Assembly: GCA_951406725.2 (NCBI GenBank)
Contig: OX597824.1
Location: 25,792,001-25,856,000, forward strand
From: Octopus vulgaris
Lineage: Eukaryota
Length of the DNA stretch: 64,000 bases
Reading direction: 5' to 3'
Shown: one piece after another, positions 12,383 to 24,135 of the stretch
Position numbering within the stretch: the first letter of the stretch is position 1
How the letters are laid out: each line of letters starts with the position of its first letter
Notes under the pieces: model-generated
What the model was told of the DNA's origin: nothing
The model's database searches: none
Seen by the model: the letters and a program-made list of their open reading frames with translations, nothing else
Position numbers and translations under genes: made by a program

Positions 12383-14301
12383 TAAGAGACGAACGGAATA
12401 ATTACCAGGCTTACAAAAGTAACAGCTGGCGTCGATTTGTTCGACTAAATCATTCAAGGTGGTGCCCCAGCATGACCGTAGTCCAATGAGTGAAACAGAT
12501 AAGAGATATATACGACAGGCTTCCCTACAGTCTCTGTCTACTAAATCCGGTCAGAAGTTATAACGGAAGACATTTGCCACGCGGTGAGAATGAACGCCTT
12601 CTTCCTTCTTTTTTAAACTCTGTTTATTTTATAAGGTCGGCTGGTTCTTTAAATTCAGTGTTGGAACAAACATTTTACATTTGGATGATCTACTCCACTC
12701 GGAAACAGCACTAAACAAAAAAAATTCAAACTTTGGAATAAGAGAGACAGGTAGATATAAAGACAGAGAAATAACAGCATGTGATAAAAGAAGGAAGGAA
12801 AGTGCGTGTTTAACACATATTTACATTAATAATCCAGGGGAGGCAACTCTGCATAACTATATATAGTGTATATTCCTTAAGACCTAGTGAGCTTCCCTGA
12901 ACCAGAAGGATGACAACCGCTGAAGTTATCGTAATTTGATGGTATATAAAAAAAAAAAAACGCACGAGTAATTTCAGAAGCGCATGTTCGGGAGGGGGTA
13001 GTTTTTTTGTCCATTAAAATTTATGGAAGGCTCAACTTGACACAAAGGGCTCAGTATGATTTGAAATATTTTGTGGGGAAGTGAATTTTACATGACATGC
13101 TATCAAATACGATAAAAGAAGTACTTACAAAATGAGATTTACTGATAAGCTACATGTCTATGTAGGAAATTTTTAGAATAAGAGTTGGAAATGAAACAAT
13201 GTAAAATAAATCGCAAACACGCACAAAAATCCCACCGGAATTCGAGACAGTCTTAACACGGTCGTTTCGATGAAATGCCACCGAAATCAACAGCCTTTCA
13301 TCCAAAGTCTAGATCAAGTACTCAAGTTGATTTAATCGACTGTGTGTCCCCCGTTTCTGTTCCCTCCATGCCCCGCAACGACGTGTCTATGTATCTATGT
13401 TAGTATACACAGTAGAACCTTTCAGAACGAGTGCTCCATTGTACGAGTAATTTGCGGTACGTGCCAGGTCTCGTGCAAATTTTTGTACGAGTGAGTTTCA
13501 TACAAGCAATCACTAGTCAGCGCTGAACTCGCCCAGTTCACGTGTTTATTTCGTTGTGGCAGCATCCCTGTTGTATTCTCCTGGTGTTTTTGTTTTAATG
13601 TTTGTACAGTTTTTGCTATAGCCGTGAGTCCTAAGAAGGCTAATGCAAAGAACAGTGCTGAGAAGAAGAATAAGCTGATTACGATACAAATGAAGATTGA
13701 AATCCTTGATAAACATGAGAGGAGTGCATGTAGGGGATATAGCACGTTAATACAACCAAAACACGTCGACGATCAGCACCATCCTGAAGAAAAAGGACAA
13801 GATCAAGGCCGTTACAACAGCAAATGGTGTCTCCAGGCTCTCCAAGCAAAGCACATCTGTCCAAGAAGAGATAGAAAAAATCGCTTCTTCTGTGGATCAA
13901 CGAGAAGTAACTCGAAGGGGGGTACGATTACGGAGACCATCATCGGTGAGAAGGCACGAGCGCTGTATTGGGATCTCTTGAAGCAGAACCCCTGGAACAT
14001 CGAGGGAGGAAACATCAGCAGACGCATTTAAGGTCAGTCGCGGCTGGTTCGATAATTTCAGGAAGAGGACTGGCGTTCATGGTGTCATCAGGTAACGAGA
14101 AGCTGCAAGTTCCGACACAAAGGCTGCTGAGGATTTCGAACGTGAATTACGCAGCTCATCGCAGCCGAGGAGTACATCGCACAACAGGTACTCAACTGTG
14201 ATGAAACTGGCGTTTGTCGTGTAGGGGGGGTGCCCAGAAGAACCTAACTGCAAAGGAGAAGAAAATATCAGGCCACAAGCCTATGAAAGATAGGCTAATT
14301 C

Positions 14302-14568
14302 AGTACTACTTAAGAAGAGTGGTCCCGGTGCGCGCACTCACGTACTCGCGCATCCGCGCTAGCTAGTCGTGACGAGTCGATCCTACGACTACTACCTAGC
14401 AAAGTAAATAAAACACAAAATAAATAATTTTTTTTACACAAAGTAAATAATTTTTTTTAAAACGAAGTAAATAAAAGACAAAGTAAGGATCGACTAGTCA
14501 CGACTAGCTAGCGCGGATGCGCGATTAAGCGAGTGCGCGCACCGAGACCACTCTTCTTAAGTAGTACC
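14302..14568. mobile_element. CpG-rich foldback MITE with ~80-bp TIRs and 9-bp TSD
   Basis: (G)GTACTACTTAAGAAGAGTGG... TIRs; TSD ggctaattc at 14293-14301 and 14569-14577; splits the Tigger DRL motif. Confidence 0.9.
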
Positions 14569-15423
14569 GGCTAATTCTTGATGCCAATGCGAGTAGAGAC
14601 TTGAGGATTTAAGCCGCTCCTTGTCTACCATTCCGAAAACCCACGAACATTCACGTCGCACAAAATCCTGAAGAAGAAGCTGCAGGTCATGGGGGGGGGG
14701 GGTAAACGTTAAAGCCTGGGTCATCAGGCAATTCTTCACCGAGTGGGTCAACCTTATCTTCGGACTAGAAGTGGAAAAAGTACCTTCTGGAGAACAATTT
14801 TCCTCTCAAGGCCCTCCTCATCCTCAACAATGCTCCTCGAAGAGGATAAATCCTGGACGAATTTAGATTCACAAAAGTTTTATACCTTTCATGCAAAACA
14901 CCACCCCTATCTTGCAGCCCGTGGACCAACTGGTGATTTCTAATTTTAAGAAATTGTACACCAAACACCCAAAATACAAATCTTGCCCTTCGTGGGTTTT
15001 GGAAGGAGAACTACAACATTGCTAACTGACAGAAAATCACCAATATGGCCTGGCACTCAGAGAAGCTGACGACAGATGAACCCCAGCAGCATCAGAAGCA
15101 GCAGTATTCGGATGCGGTGGAAGAGACTGAGTCTCTGGAGGAGGAGAGTGTAGCGAAGAAGGCTACCTCTACGAGTGACATAAAGGCAGTATGTTTCTGA
15201 ATTTGTAGAAAAAAAAAAAAAAAAAAAAATCACCCCGAAAAAGTATCTAAGGTCGTGCAGTCGCTTTATTTAATGACTCTGCTCTGGCGCATTTTCGTAA
15301 CATTTTGAAAGCCAGGAAAAAGCAGACTTCTCTTGATGCGTTACTAATGAAACGACCTGCAAGTGTGAAAAGTGAAGAAAGTGTCTCCAAAAAGCCTAAA
15401 TTAAACGAAGTGAGACAGAAAAC

Positions 15424-15836
15424 GGATCTTTTCGGTTTGAACGCCAGTTTTTTCTAGCGGTGTCATATGAAATTGTCTCCCATAATTCTGACCCTAGTAT
15501 CGATCTATTGCATTTCAATCTGTTTTACGGTTAGGAGTAGGGGGAAGGGTATCTTTTTTTCTTCACAAATGTAAATATACCCAATCTGTTTCTTAAACGA
15601 GGAACATATTCATACGGCACAGAATGTTTTTTTACCTCAATAGGCGTCAGTGATTGGTTGAAATTGCAGAAACTGAAAAAAAACAACAACAAATATCTTA
15701 CAAACTCTAGAATTTTCTCAATAAAGCCAAGAGAAAAAGATGTTTTATAAACACATTCTACCAGTATACGAAGTTTAAAATTTTTTAGTTACCAAGAAAT
15801 TATGTTTAAAAACTGCCGTTCAAACCGAAAAGATCC
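15424..15836. mobile_element. Same MITE family, opposite orientation, inside the Tigger
   Basis: TIRs as above; TSD cagaaaac/cagaaagc. Confidence 0.85.
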
Positions 15837-16496
15837 CAGAAAGCGAAAACACCTAAAGCTCCACGAGGCTCCGGCAGGGATGGTGGTGATCCCTGTTGTA
15901 CTCTTTCACCACAACTTTCTCTCACTCTTACTTCCTGTTTCTGTTATACCTGTACTTCAAAGGGCCGGCCTTGTCACTCTCTGTGTCACGCTGAATATCC
16001 CCGAGAACTACGTTAAGGGTACACGTGCCTGTGGAGTGCTCAGCCACTTACACGTTAATTTCACGAGCAGGCTGTTCCGTTGATTCGGATCAACCGGAAT
16101 CCTCGTCGTCGTAACCGACGGAGTGCTTCCATATTATGTTTTTATAATTGTCATTTTCCTTGTAACTGCACCTTTTCTGTTTTAAAATCCATAGAAAAAT
16201 TATTCATGGATGTGCTGGAAGAGATTAATTATATTTTAATTCATTTCAATGGGGAAAATTGAGCTCGCTAATGGAACGAATTAAACTCGTACTGCGAGGT
16301 ATCACTAGTTATTGTTAGTAGAAATGGGTTAGTCGTGCTTAGTTTTCTCCCTTTATCTTCTAATATTGATAGGACATTTACACATGATAATGAAGTCTTC
16401 TTACAGGCGGCGCGCTGGCAGATTCGTTAATACGTCGGACAAAATGCTTAGCGGCTGTTCTTTTGACTTTTAACGTTCTGAGAGGTTAACTTTGCC

Positions 16497-17070
16497 GGTA
16501 CTGCTGGCAGAAACGTTAGCACGCCGGGCGAAATGCTTAGCGGTATTTCGTCTGCGTTACGTTGTGAGTTCAAATTCCGCCGAGGTCGACTTTGCCTTTC
16601 ATCCTTTCGGGGTCGATAAATTAAGTACCAGTTACGCACTGGGGTCGATGTAATCGATTTAATACCTATGTCTGTCCTTGTTTGTCCCCTCTGTGTTTAG
16701 CCCCTTGTGGGTAATAAAGAAATAGGTACTGTTTAAGAAGAGTGGTCCCGGTGCGCGCACTCGCGTAACCGCGCTAGCTAGTCGTGACTAGTCGGGGATC
16801 TTTTCTAAAAGATGGACAGAATTTCTACTTAACTAAATAATTTGAAACTTCGTATACTGGTAGAATGTGTCAAAAGAAAACATTAATTTCAATTAGTTTT
16901 TTTGAGAAAAATTCTGTCCATCTTTTAGAAAACATCCCTAGTTGATCCTAAAACGACTACCTAGCAAAGTAAATAAAACACAAAAACACAAAGTAAGGAT
17001 CGACAAGTCACGACTAGCTAGCGCGGATGCACGAGTGCGCGCACCGGGACCACTCTTCTTAAATAGTACC
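16497..17070. mobile_element. Second copy of the 9-bp-TSD MITE, with a nested SINE (16504-16724) and a nested small MITE (16796-16937)
   Basis: TSD aactttgcc at 16488-16496 and 17071-17079. Confidence 0.88.
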
Positions 17071-17269
17071 AACTTTGCCTTTCATTCCTTCGAAGTCGAT
17101 AAAATAAAATACCAGCCAATTACTAGAGCCAATGTAATCGACTTGTCCGTTCCTCTGGAAACTGACCTTGAATACTGCAAGGGACCAGCGTGTCGTTCGA
17201 GGGGAATATTATGATGTCGGTCACTTATAGGCCATGGAAACTGAGTAATCGACCGTATAATCCTAGGGC

Positions 17270-17672
17270 GGATCTTTTCGGTTTGAACGGCAGTTTTTAA
17301 AAATAATTTCCACGTAACTAAACACTTTTAAACTTCGTATACTATTAGAATGTGTTTATAAAACATCTTTTTCTCTTGGCTTTATTGAGAAAATGCTATA
17401 GTTTGTAAGATATTTATTGTTGTTTTTTTCTTCAATTTCAACCAATCAATGACATCTGTTGAGGTGAAAACATTATGTGCCGTATGAATATGTCCCTCGT
17501 TTAAGAAACAGATTGGGCTTATTTACATTTTTGAAGAAAAATAGATACCCTTCCCCCCACCCTAACCCTAAAACAGATTGAAATGCAATAGATCGATACT
17601 AGGGTTATAATTATGGGTGACAATTTCATATGACACCGCTAAAAGAAACTGCCGTTCAAACCGAAAAGATCC
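17270..17672. mobile_element. Same MITE family
   Basis: Perfect 8-bp TSD cctagggc. Confidence 0.9.
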
Positions 17673-18595
17673 CCTAGGGCTAAGCAAAAACAAAAGCAAG
17701 CTCCACAGGGTCCCGTTTCAATTGGGGACTAAGATAAACGAACAGTACCAAAGCATAAATGTTACAATCGCCTGGATTTCCTTCCACTAGATAATCTGGA
17801 TTTATTGTGGCGATTTTTAGTTTTAAGTTTATTTATCAAAACTGTTTTTTACGACAAATGTAAACAATAAGTCTACACGGTATGTTTTGTTCTCGAACGT
17901 ACTGTACACACAGTTAATAACAGATGGTTATGCCATTTGAACTGTATTTCTATAAAATTTCATTAATATATACTCTTTACTCTTTTACTTGTTTCAGTCA
18001 TTTGACTGCGGCCATGCTGGAGCACCGCCTTTCTAGTCGAGCAAATCGACCACAGGACTTATTCTTTGTAAGCCTAGTACTTATTCTATCGGTCTCTTTT
18101 GCCGAACCGCTAAGTAACGGGGACGTAAACACACCAGCATCGGTTGTCAAGCGATGTTGGGGGGGACAAACATAGACACACAAACACACACATATATATT
18201 TATATATATGACAGGCTTCTTTCAGTTTCCGTCTACCAAATCCACTCACAAGGCTTTGGTCGGCCCGAGGCTATAGCAGAAGACACTTGCCCAAGCTGCC
18301 ACGCAGTGGGACTGAACCTGGAACCGTGTGGTTGGTAAGCAAGCTACTTACCACACAGCCACTCCTGCGCCTATATATATCCATTTTCCTGAAAGTTATG
18401 CGGAAAAAAAACGGGTCGTGTGAACTTTCCGATTGGCTTCTCTCCACACCCCCGTGTCGTTTGTTTGCACAAATTTTTGTTTTCATTTCGTTTTCTACAC
18501 ATTTTTTTTTTACACCTATTAGACTTTTTTGTTTTTGTTTTGGGGTCCCGGGAGTTTAACTATATATTAACTGTACAGACGTTGGAGAATATAAA

Positions 18596-19172
18596 ATTTC
18601 TTTATTGCCCACAAGGGGATAAACACAGAGAGACAAACAGGGACAGACAAACGGATTAAGTCGATTACATCGACCCCAGTGCGAAACTGGTACTTCATTT
18701 ATCGACCCGAAAGGATGACAGGCAAAGTCGACCTCGGCGGAATTTGAACTCAGAACGTAACGGCAGACGAAATACCTATTTCTTTACTACCCACAAGGGG
18801 CTAAACACAAAGGGGACAGACAAGGGGATTAAGTCGGTTATTTCGACCCCAGTGCGTAACTGGTACTTAATGTATCGACCCCGAAAAGATGAAAAGCAAA
18901 GTCGACCTCGGCGGAATTTGAACTCAGAACGTAACGGCAGACGAAATACCTATTTCTTTACTACCCACAAGGGCTAAACACAAAGGGGACAGACAAGGGG
19001 ATTAAGTCGGTTATTTCGACCCCAGTGCGTAACTGGTACTTAATGTATCGACCCCGAAAAGATGAAAAGCAAAGTCGACCTCGGCGGAATTTGAACTCAG
19101 AACGTAACGGCAGACGAAATACGGCTATGCATTTCGCCCGGCGTGCTAACGTTTCAGCAAGCTCACCGCCTT
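18596..19172 (-). mobile_element. SINE family D, head-to-tail trimer (monomers near 16406, 21515, 35680, 49668, 55545; multimers 27822-28240, 54605-55180)
   Basis: One tRNA-like head plus three ~173-bp bodies containing gcctttcatcctttcggggtcgataaattaagtaccag. Confidence 0.85.
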
Positions 19173-20023
19173 CCAAATAATAAATGTGCAAATCAAATTG
19201 TGTGATTTTGAATGGCTTGTATATGTCTCCAACGATACACTTGTTTCAGATTCAGCTCGCTTGCCAGGTATGTACATACCTGAAATTAATATGAGAAGTT
19301 TCGAAACCCAACGGTGATGAACTCTCCTGGCATAGATGACAGATTAGGGTTCCGCAATTTCTTGTCGAAGAACCTGCACAGATGATTTGTTTATAGTAAT
19401 CAAAATGTCACGTACATTAAGCTCACTCACTCCCATCATATCGATATTGCTGGTACAGGTGCTCGATGTGTCACAAACTAAATGACAAAGTGATCGCTCA
19501 GCAACGTGAAATGTGTTTTGCTCAAAAACACAAAACACCACCCGGTCTAGGAAGCCTAGGGTTAACTAGCATCTTACTTCAATCGCTGGTTAACACTCTA
19601 ACGTCGAAGACACGCGCTTACTCAAGGGTATTTAGGACGAAAATTAAACTGTTTGAAAAACGTTGCTTTTTTCACTAGAATATTAATATTTAATTCGATG
19701 AATTAAAACTTATTCGGTAAATGTTCGACAACAAAACAGTCAAACACCTGAGTAAAATATATTCAGAGAGAACCGGTAAGCGATGAATTAAAATATCAGA
19801 AATAGCAGCGAAATGCTTCTAGAATACGTCCTACCGTGCTGACTAACAGAAGGACATAATATGTAATTTAGTGCACGACATACGAAAAGATAGACGTTCG
19901 TGGTTAGGAATGTCTTTGATAGGGGGTCTGTAGGATCAAGGCTGACCTGGGTATAAAGCAACAACCATAGATACGCTTAATGCATCATTGTAAACATTGG
20001 CAAGGACAAAACTCATTTCTTAC

Positions 20024-20236
20024 CTTGTCGTCGCTTTCATCAATATTTTCGAAATGTTTCTCAAGTCCCTTAAGTTCAGGAGTTTTTTCTCTTATCATGG
20101 GATCCAAAGATGTAATAACATCTTTATTTTTAGGGGACGTCGATATAAACGCTGCTGACAAGGGAAGCCGATGACCCGAGCGTATTTTACTTAGAGGTCG
20201 AATTAACCTCGTCGAATAACGTAACAATGCCGCCAT
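20024..20236 (-). CDS. NDUFB11: NDUFB11 (complex I ESSS subunit) coding exon 1
   Basis: ATG at 20236. Arg/Ser/Leu-rich mitochondrial presequence MAALLRYSTRLIRPLSKIRSGHRL..., 71 codons ending DESDDK, donor AAG|gtaaga (phase 0). Confidence 0.9.
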
Positions 20237-20500
20237 GCTTCTCTTGCTCAACGAACTTCACGCTCACAACGAGACCTTTAAAAAAAATGTACATATTTAA
20301 ATTTTCAATAAAATAATTATTTAACCAATTTTTCATGATTACATTTAATTTTTTAAAAAACTACCTTATCATTTTTTTATACATTTAAAAAAAAAAAAAA
20401 CTTTTTTCTAACCATGATTCAATGCGTTACAACATGTTGGTCTTAGTTTATCTTCTGCCGTGGAAAATGTCCAAAGTTGCCGCTTTTAAGCAATAATGGT
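20237..20500. promoter_or_regulatory. Probable bidirectional promoter NDUFB11/ATRIP, possibly with a non-coding ATRIP exon 1
   Basis: TE-free interval with poly(dA:dT) tracts directly upstream of the NDUFB11 ATG. The ATRIP ATG exon starts at a splice acceptor (26101-26103), so an upstream exon is needed; candidate donor tg|gttcgt near 20499. Confidence 0.45.
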
Positions 20501-20854
20501 TCGTATCAGACAAAAAGCACGTTTGATATTCGACAAACTTGTTACTTGGGATAATATTTATCGTATTCCGAAATCTTTTTAATCGGAAGACAATTTTTAT
20601 TTCCTCGTTCGTTCCATGTTATTGTTTCAATTTACTTTATTTTTCATGTATTTCCTTAATTCACTGATTTATGTTTACAGATAAGCATCGTGCCTTATAT
20701 TGTTGTTACTATACTGGAAATCTAGCTTATGACTAAATATATATTACTATAATGATTTTGTTGTGGAAATTGTATGTAGGTATGTGTGTGTGTGTGAATG
20801 TTTGTGCATGCATGCATATTTGTGTGTACGTGTATATATATATATATACATGTT

Positions 20855-20880
20855 TGTGTATTGATGCTTATATATGTGTA

Positions 20881-20911
<31 letters not shown>

Positions 20912-21030
20912 GTGTGTGTGTGTATATTGATGCTTATATATATGTGTGTGTGTATATTGATGCTTATATATGTGTATATATATGTGTGTGTATATTGATG
21001 CTTATATATGTGTATGTATATTGATGCTTA

Positions 21031-21061
<31 letters not shown>

Positions 21062-21112
21062 GTGTGTATATTGATGCTTATATATGTGTATGTGTATATT
21101 GATACTTATATA
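20855..21112. repeat. Compound minisatellite: TATTGATGCTTATATA units spaced by variable TA/TG microsatellite
   Basis: About 7 copies visible directly in the sequence. Confidence 0.9.
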
Positions 21113-21844
21113 TGTATATATATATGTGTGTGTATGTATGTATTTGTATATATACACACACAGTGCAACCGATTTCTTCTTGAAATACCTTTCTCAGAAA
21201 TAAGGTGATCATTCTATGTAACAAGACTAAACTATTTGTTATTAATCGATGGTCTGTTCCATTCGTGACTGTCCAACCTTATGAGACAGTGTTACATATG
21301 ACTACATTATATAATGTGTTCTCTTTTGTTTATTTTCACTTTTAGTTAAATACAGTAGGGTTTGATTTATGAGGAATTTAGCTGCTGTTTCCAGCAGCTC
21401 GAGTCACCGTATAGAGGTTCGCTCGTTGTTGGGGGTTATAATCTAATGCCTGTTAATGTAAAAATCAATCAACATGGATCAACTACATTTATGGTGATGT
21501 CAATCATCTCAAAAGCGGTGTGCTGGCAGAATCGTTAGCATACCGGACAAAATGCTTAGCAGCATTTCGTCCGTCTTCACGTTCTGAGTCAAATTCCGCC
21601 GAAGTCGACTTTGCCTTTCATTCTTTCGGAGTCGATTAAATAAGTACCAGTTACACACTGGGGGCGATGTGATTGACTTAATCCGTTTGTCTGTCCTTGT
21701 TTGACCCCCTCCGTGTTTAGCCCCTTGTGGGTAGTAAAGAAATAGAAATAAATACCAAACACTGTGATTGATATGATCGAATAGCCTTCTCCCTCAAAAT
21801 TCAGGTTTTGTGCATATAGAAGAAAGGATATTGACATCTCTAAT

Positions 21845-22208
21845 CACAACGCCGTGGTGATCTCATTCTTGCTCACAACATCATAAGCGGAAAGTGTAAC
21901 CTCTCGAATGAGCTGTTCTTCACTCCTGCTCCAGAGCGTCGGCTGCGGGGTCACTCCAAAAAGCTCTATCTGCGACGATTTCATCTCAATCGAAGGAGAG
22001 GGGCTTTCTCCGTCCGGGTTGCAGATCCGTGGAATAAGCTGCCAGACGAGATGGTGAAGATGCCGACGACCGCTCGGTTCAAAGTCTCCCTTGACCACAA
22101 GTGGCCTGAACTCTTTACATGAACACCACCCTGTACATAACTCCATGTCACCCTACATGGCCTTGCTTTTTGCTTTTTGAGCCAAAAAATTAACTAACTA
22201 ACTAACAA
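21845..22208 (+). mobile_element. CR1-clade LINE 3' end
   Basis: RRRGDLI...RRLRGHSKKL...FSVRVADPWNKLP...FKVSL, followed by an (AACT)n tail. Confidence 0.85.
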
Positions 22209-22480
22209 CTCATTTATTAATGTTAATAAAGCAAGCTTAATCTAGTATCCTTAAAAAGTAATCAACGTTGTGCATTAGGCAAATCCCACTAGTTTGATCT
22301 GAAAAATATTCCAAGCTTATAATGGTTGCATAGGGAACCAATGCCACAACCAGGAAGTTATTTCTTCGTTCCGTTCTACTTAATAATCACACATTCAAAT
22401 ATCGGTTTACCTACTTAAATGTGCTCCAGTACACATGTCCTTGTTTCCTTATAACTTTCAGAAAAATAAATATTATTGAA

Positions 22481-24135
22481 ATCATCATCATCATCATTTA
22501 GCGTCCGTTTTCCATGCTAGCATGGGTTGGACGGTTTAACTGGGGTCTGTGAAGCCGGAAGGCTTCATCAGGCCCAGTCAGATTTGGCAGTGTTTCTACG
22601 GCTGGATGCCCTTCCTAACGCCAACCACTCCGTGAGTGTAGTGGGTGCTTTTTACGTGCCACCTGCACAGGTGCCAGACAGAGCTGGCAAACGGCCACGA
22701 ACAGATGGTGTTTTTACGTGCTACCGGCAATGGGCCAGGCGAGGCTGGCAACGGACACGAGCGGATGGTGCTTTTTCGTGCTACCGGCACGGGGGCCAGG
22801 CGATGTTTTGTAAATATATTTCAGATTGTATAGATTACAATTATATCGGAATTTAATGTGGGAAACAAAAATGGTTGGTGCACACAAATATATTATACTG
22901 ATACATAACAATTTTTTTTTTTTTAATTTCTAAATTTCATTTTATAGACAAATTTGTGTCAGAATGTGTGTGTGTGTGCCCAACATTCAGACAGATGTGG
23001 CATCGACCACATTCGGATGGTGCTTTTTATGTGCCACTGGCATCGACCACGTTCAGGAGCCAGTCAGGGGGTACTGGCCACAGCTACGATTTTGATTTTA
23101 CTTAACTCAACAGGTCTTCTCAAGCATATCATATTGCCTGATGCTTCAACCTTAAATGGGCCAGACATGCAACACTAGCATCAGCTATGGCTGCAATCTC
23201 ACTTTTGTTGCTGGGTCTTCTCAATCACAGCATATCTCCAAAGGTCTTCATCTCCTGTCATTGCCTCTGTGAGGCCCAATGTTCAAAGATCATATTTCAT
23301 CACCTCAAGCCATGTCTTTTTGGTTCCTTCCACAGTTTGGGTGTGGTGCTTCTTCACACAGTTGTCCTCATCCATACATAACACATCACCATCCCAGCAC
23401 AGTCGTTTCCCTTGCACACCGCATTTGATACTTCTTATGTCCAACTTTTCTCTCAAGGTACTTACACTCTGTTGTGTATGCACACTGACATTACATATCC
23501 AATGGATCACACTAGCTTCATTTCTTTCAAGCCTACGCATGTCCTCAGCAGTCATGGTCCATGTTTCATTACCGTGTAGCATGGCAGTTCGCATACATGC
23601 ATCATGCAGTCTACCTTTCATCCTGAGTGAGAGGCCCTTAGTTGCCAGCAGAAGTTGGAGCTCCCTAAACCTTGCCTAGGCTATTCTTATTCTAGCCACT
23701 ACACTCTCAAAGCAACCACCCCCGCTACAGACTTGGTCGCCTAGGTAACAGAAGCTATCTACTACTTTTATTTTTTTTCCCCTGGCATGTGATGGAATCT
23801 GTTTTCTGTACATCTTCAGTGTTTATTGCCCCTGTGCATCTGCCACACACAAAAACTATCTACCCAGTTAACCTTCCTTTGATGTCGCTGCACCTCTTAT
23901 GTGTCCATAGCTTACACCAGGTACACCATATGGAATTTCTACCCACGCCTTTTCTGCAGATTGAACAGGGCCATCTACTTGAAGGGGTTTGTGATTTGTC
24001 AGCCTTCCTACTTACTAGGACTTTGGTTTTTGCGAGGTTAACTTTAAGGGCCTTTGATTCTAGACCTTGCTTCCTTCCACACCCTAAACTTCATCTCTAG
24101 TTCTGGCAGTCTTTTAATATCACTAGAACAGGCAA
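22481..24135 (-). mobile_element. RTE-clade LINE, 3' part (end of RT, PHD-like insert, ORF2 C-terminus, repeat-rich 3'UTR, (GAT)n tail)
   Basis: LKVNLAKTKVL...VDSFCYLGD...KGRLHDACMRTAMLHGNETW...RLCWDG...KKTW, with GGTTGGCGTTAGGAAGGGCATCC near the 3' end. Interrupted at about 22800-22990. Confidence 0.9.

Larger units (their letters stand above)
13410..16308 (+). mobile_element. Decayed Tigger/pogo transposon hosting MITE and SINE insertions
   Basis: CAGTAGAACCT / AGGTATCACT ends. Fragments MSPKK...KIEILDKHE, STISTILKKKD, FKVSRGWFDNFR, QVLNCDETG, HKPMKDRL, PLLVYHSENP, ILQPVDQLVISNFK. Confidence 0.88.

Noticed and set aside
20855-21112. Repeat-spacer pattern resembling a CRISPR array
   Set aside because: Spacers are TA/TG microsatellite, the context is eukaryotic and there are no cas genes; it is a minisatellite.
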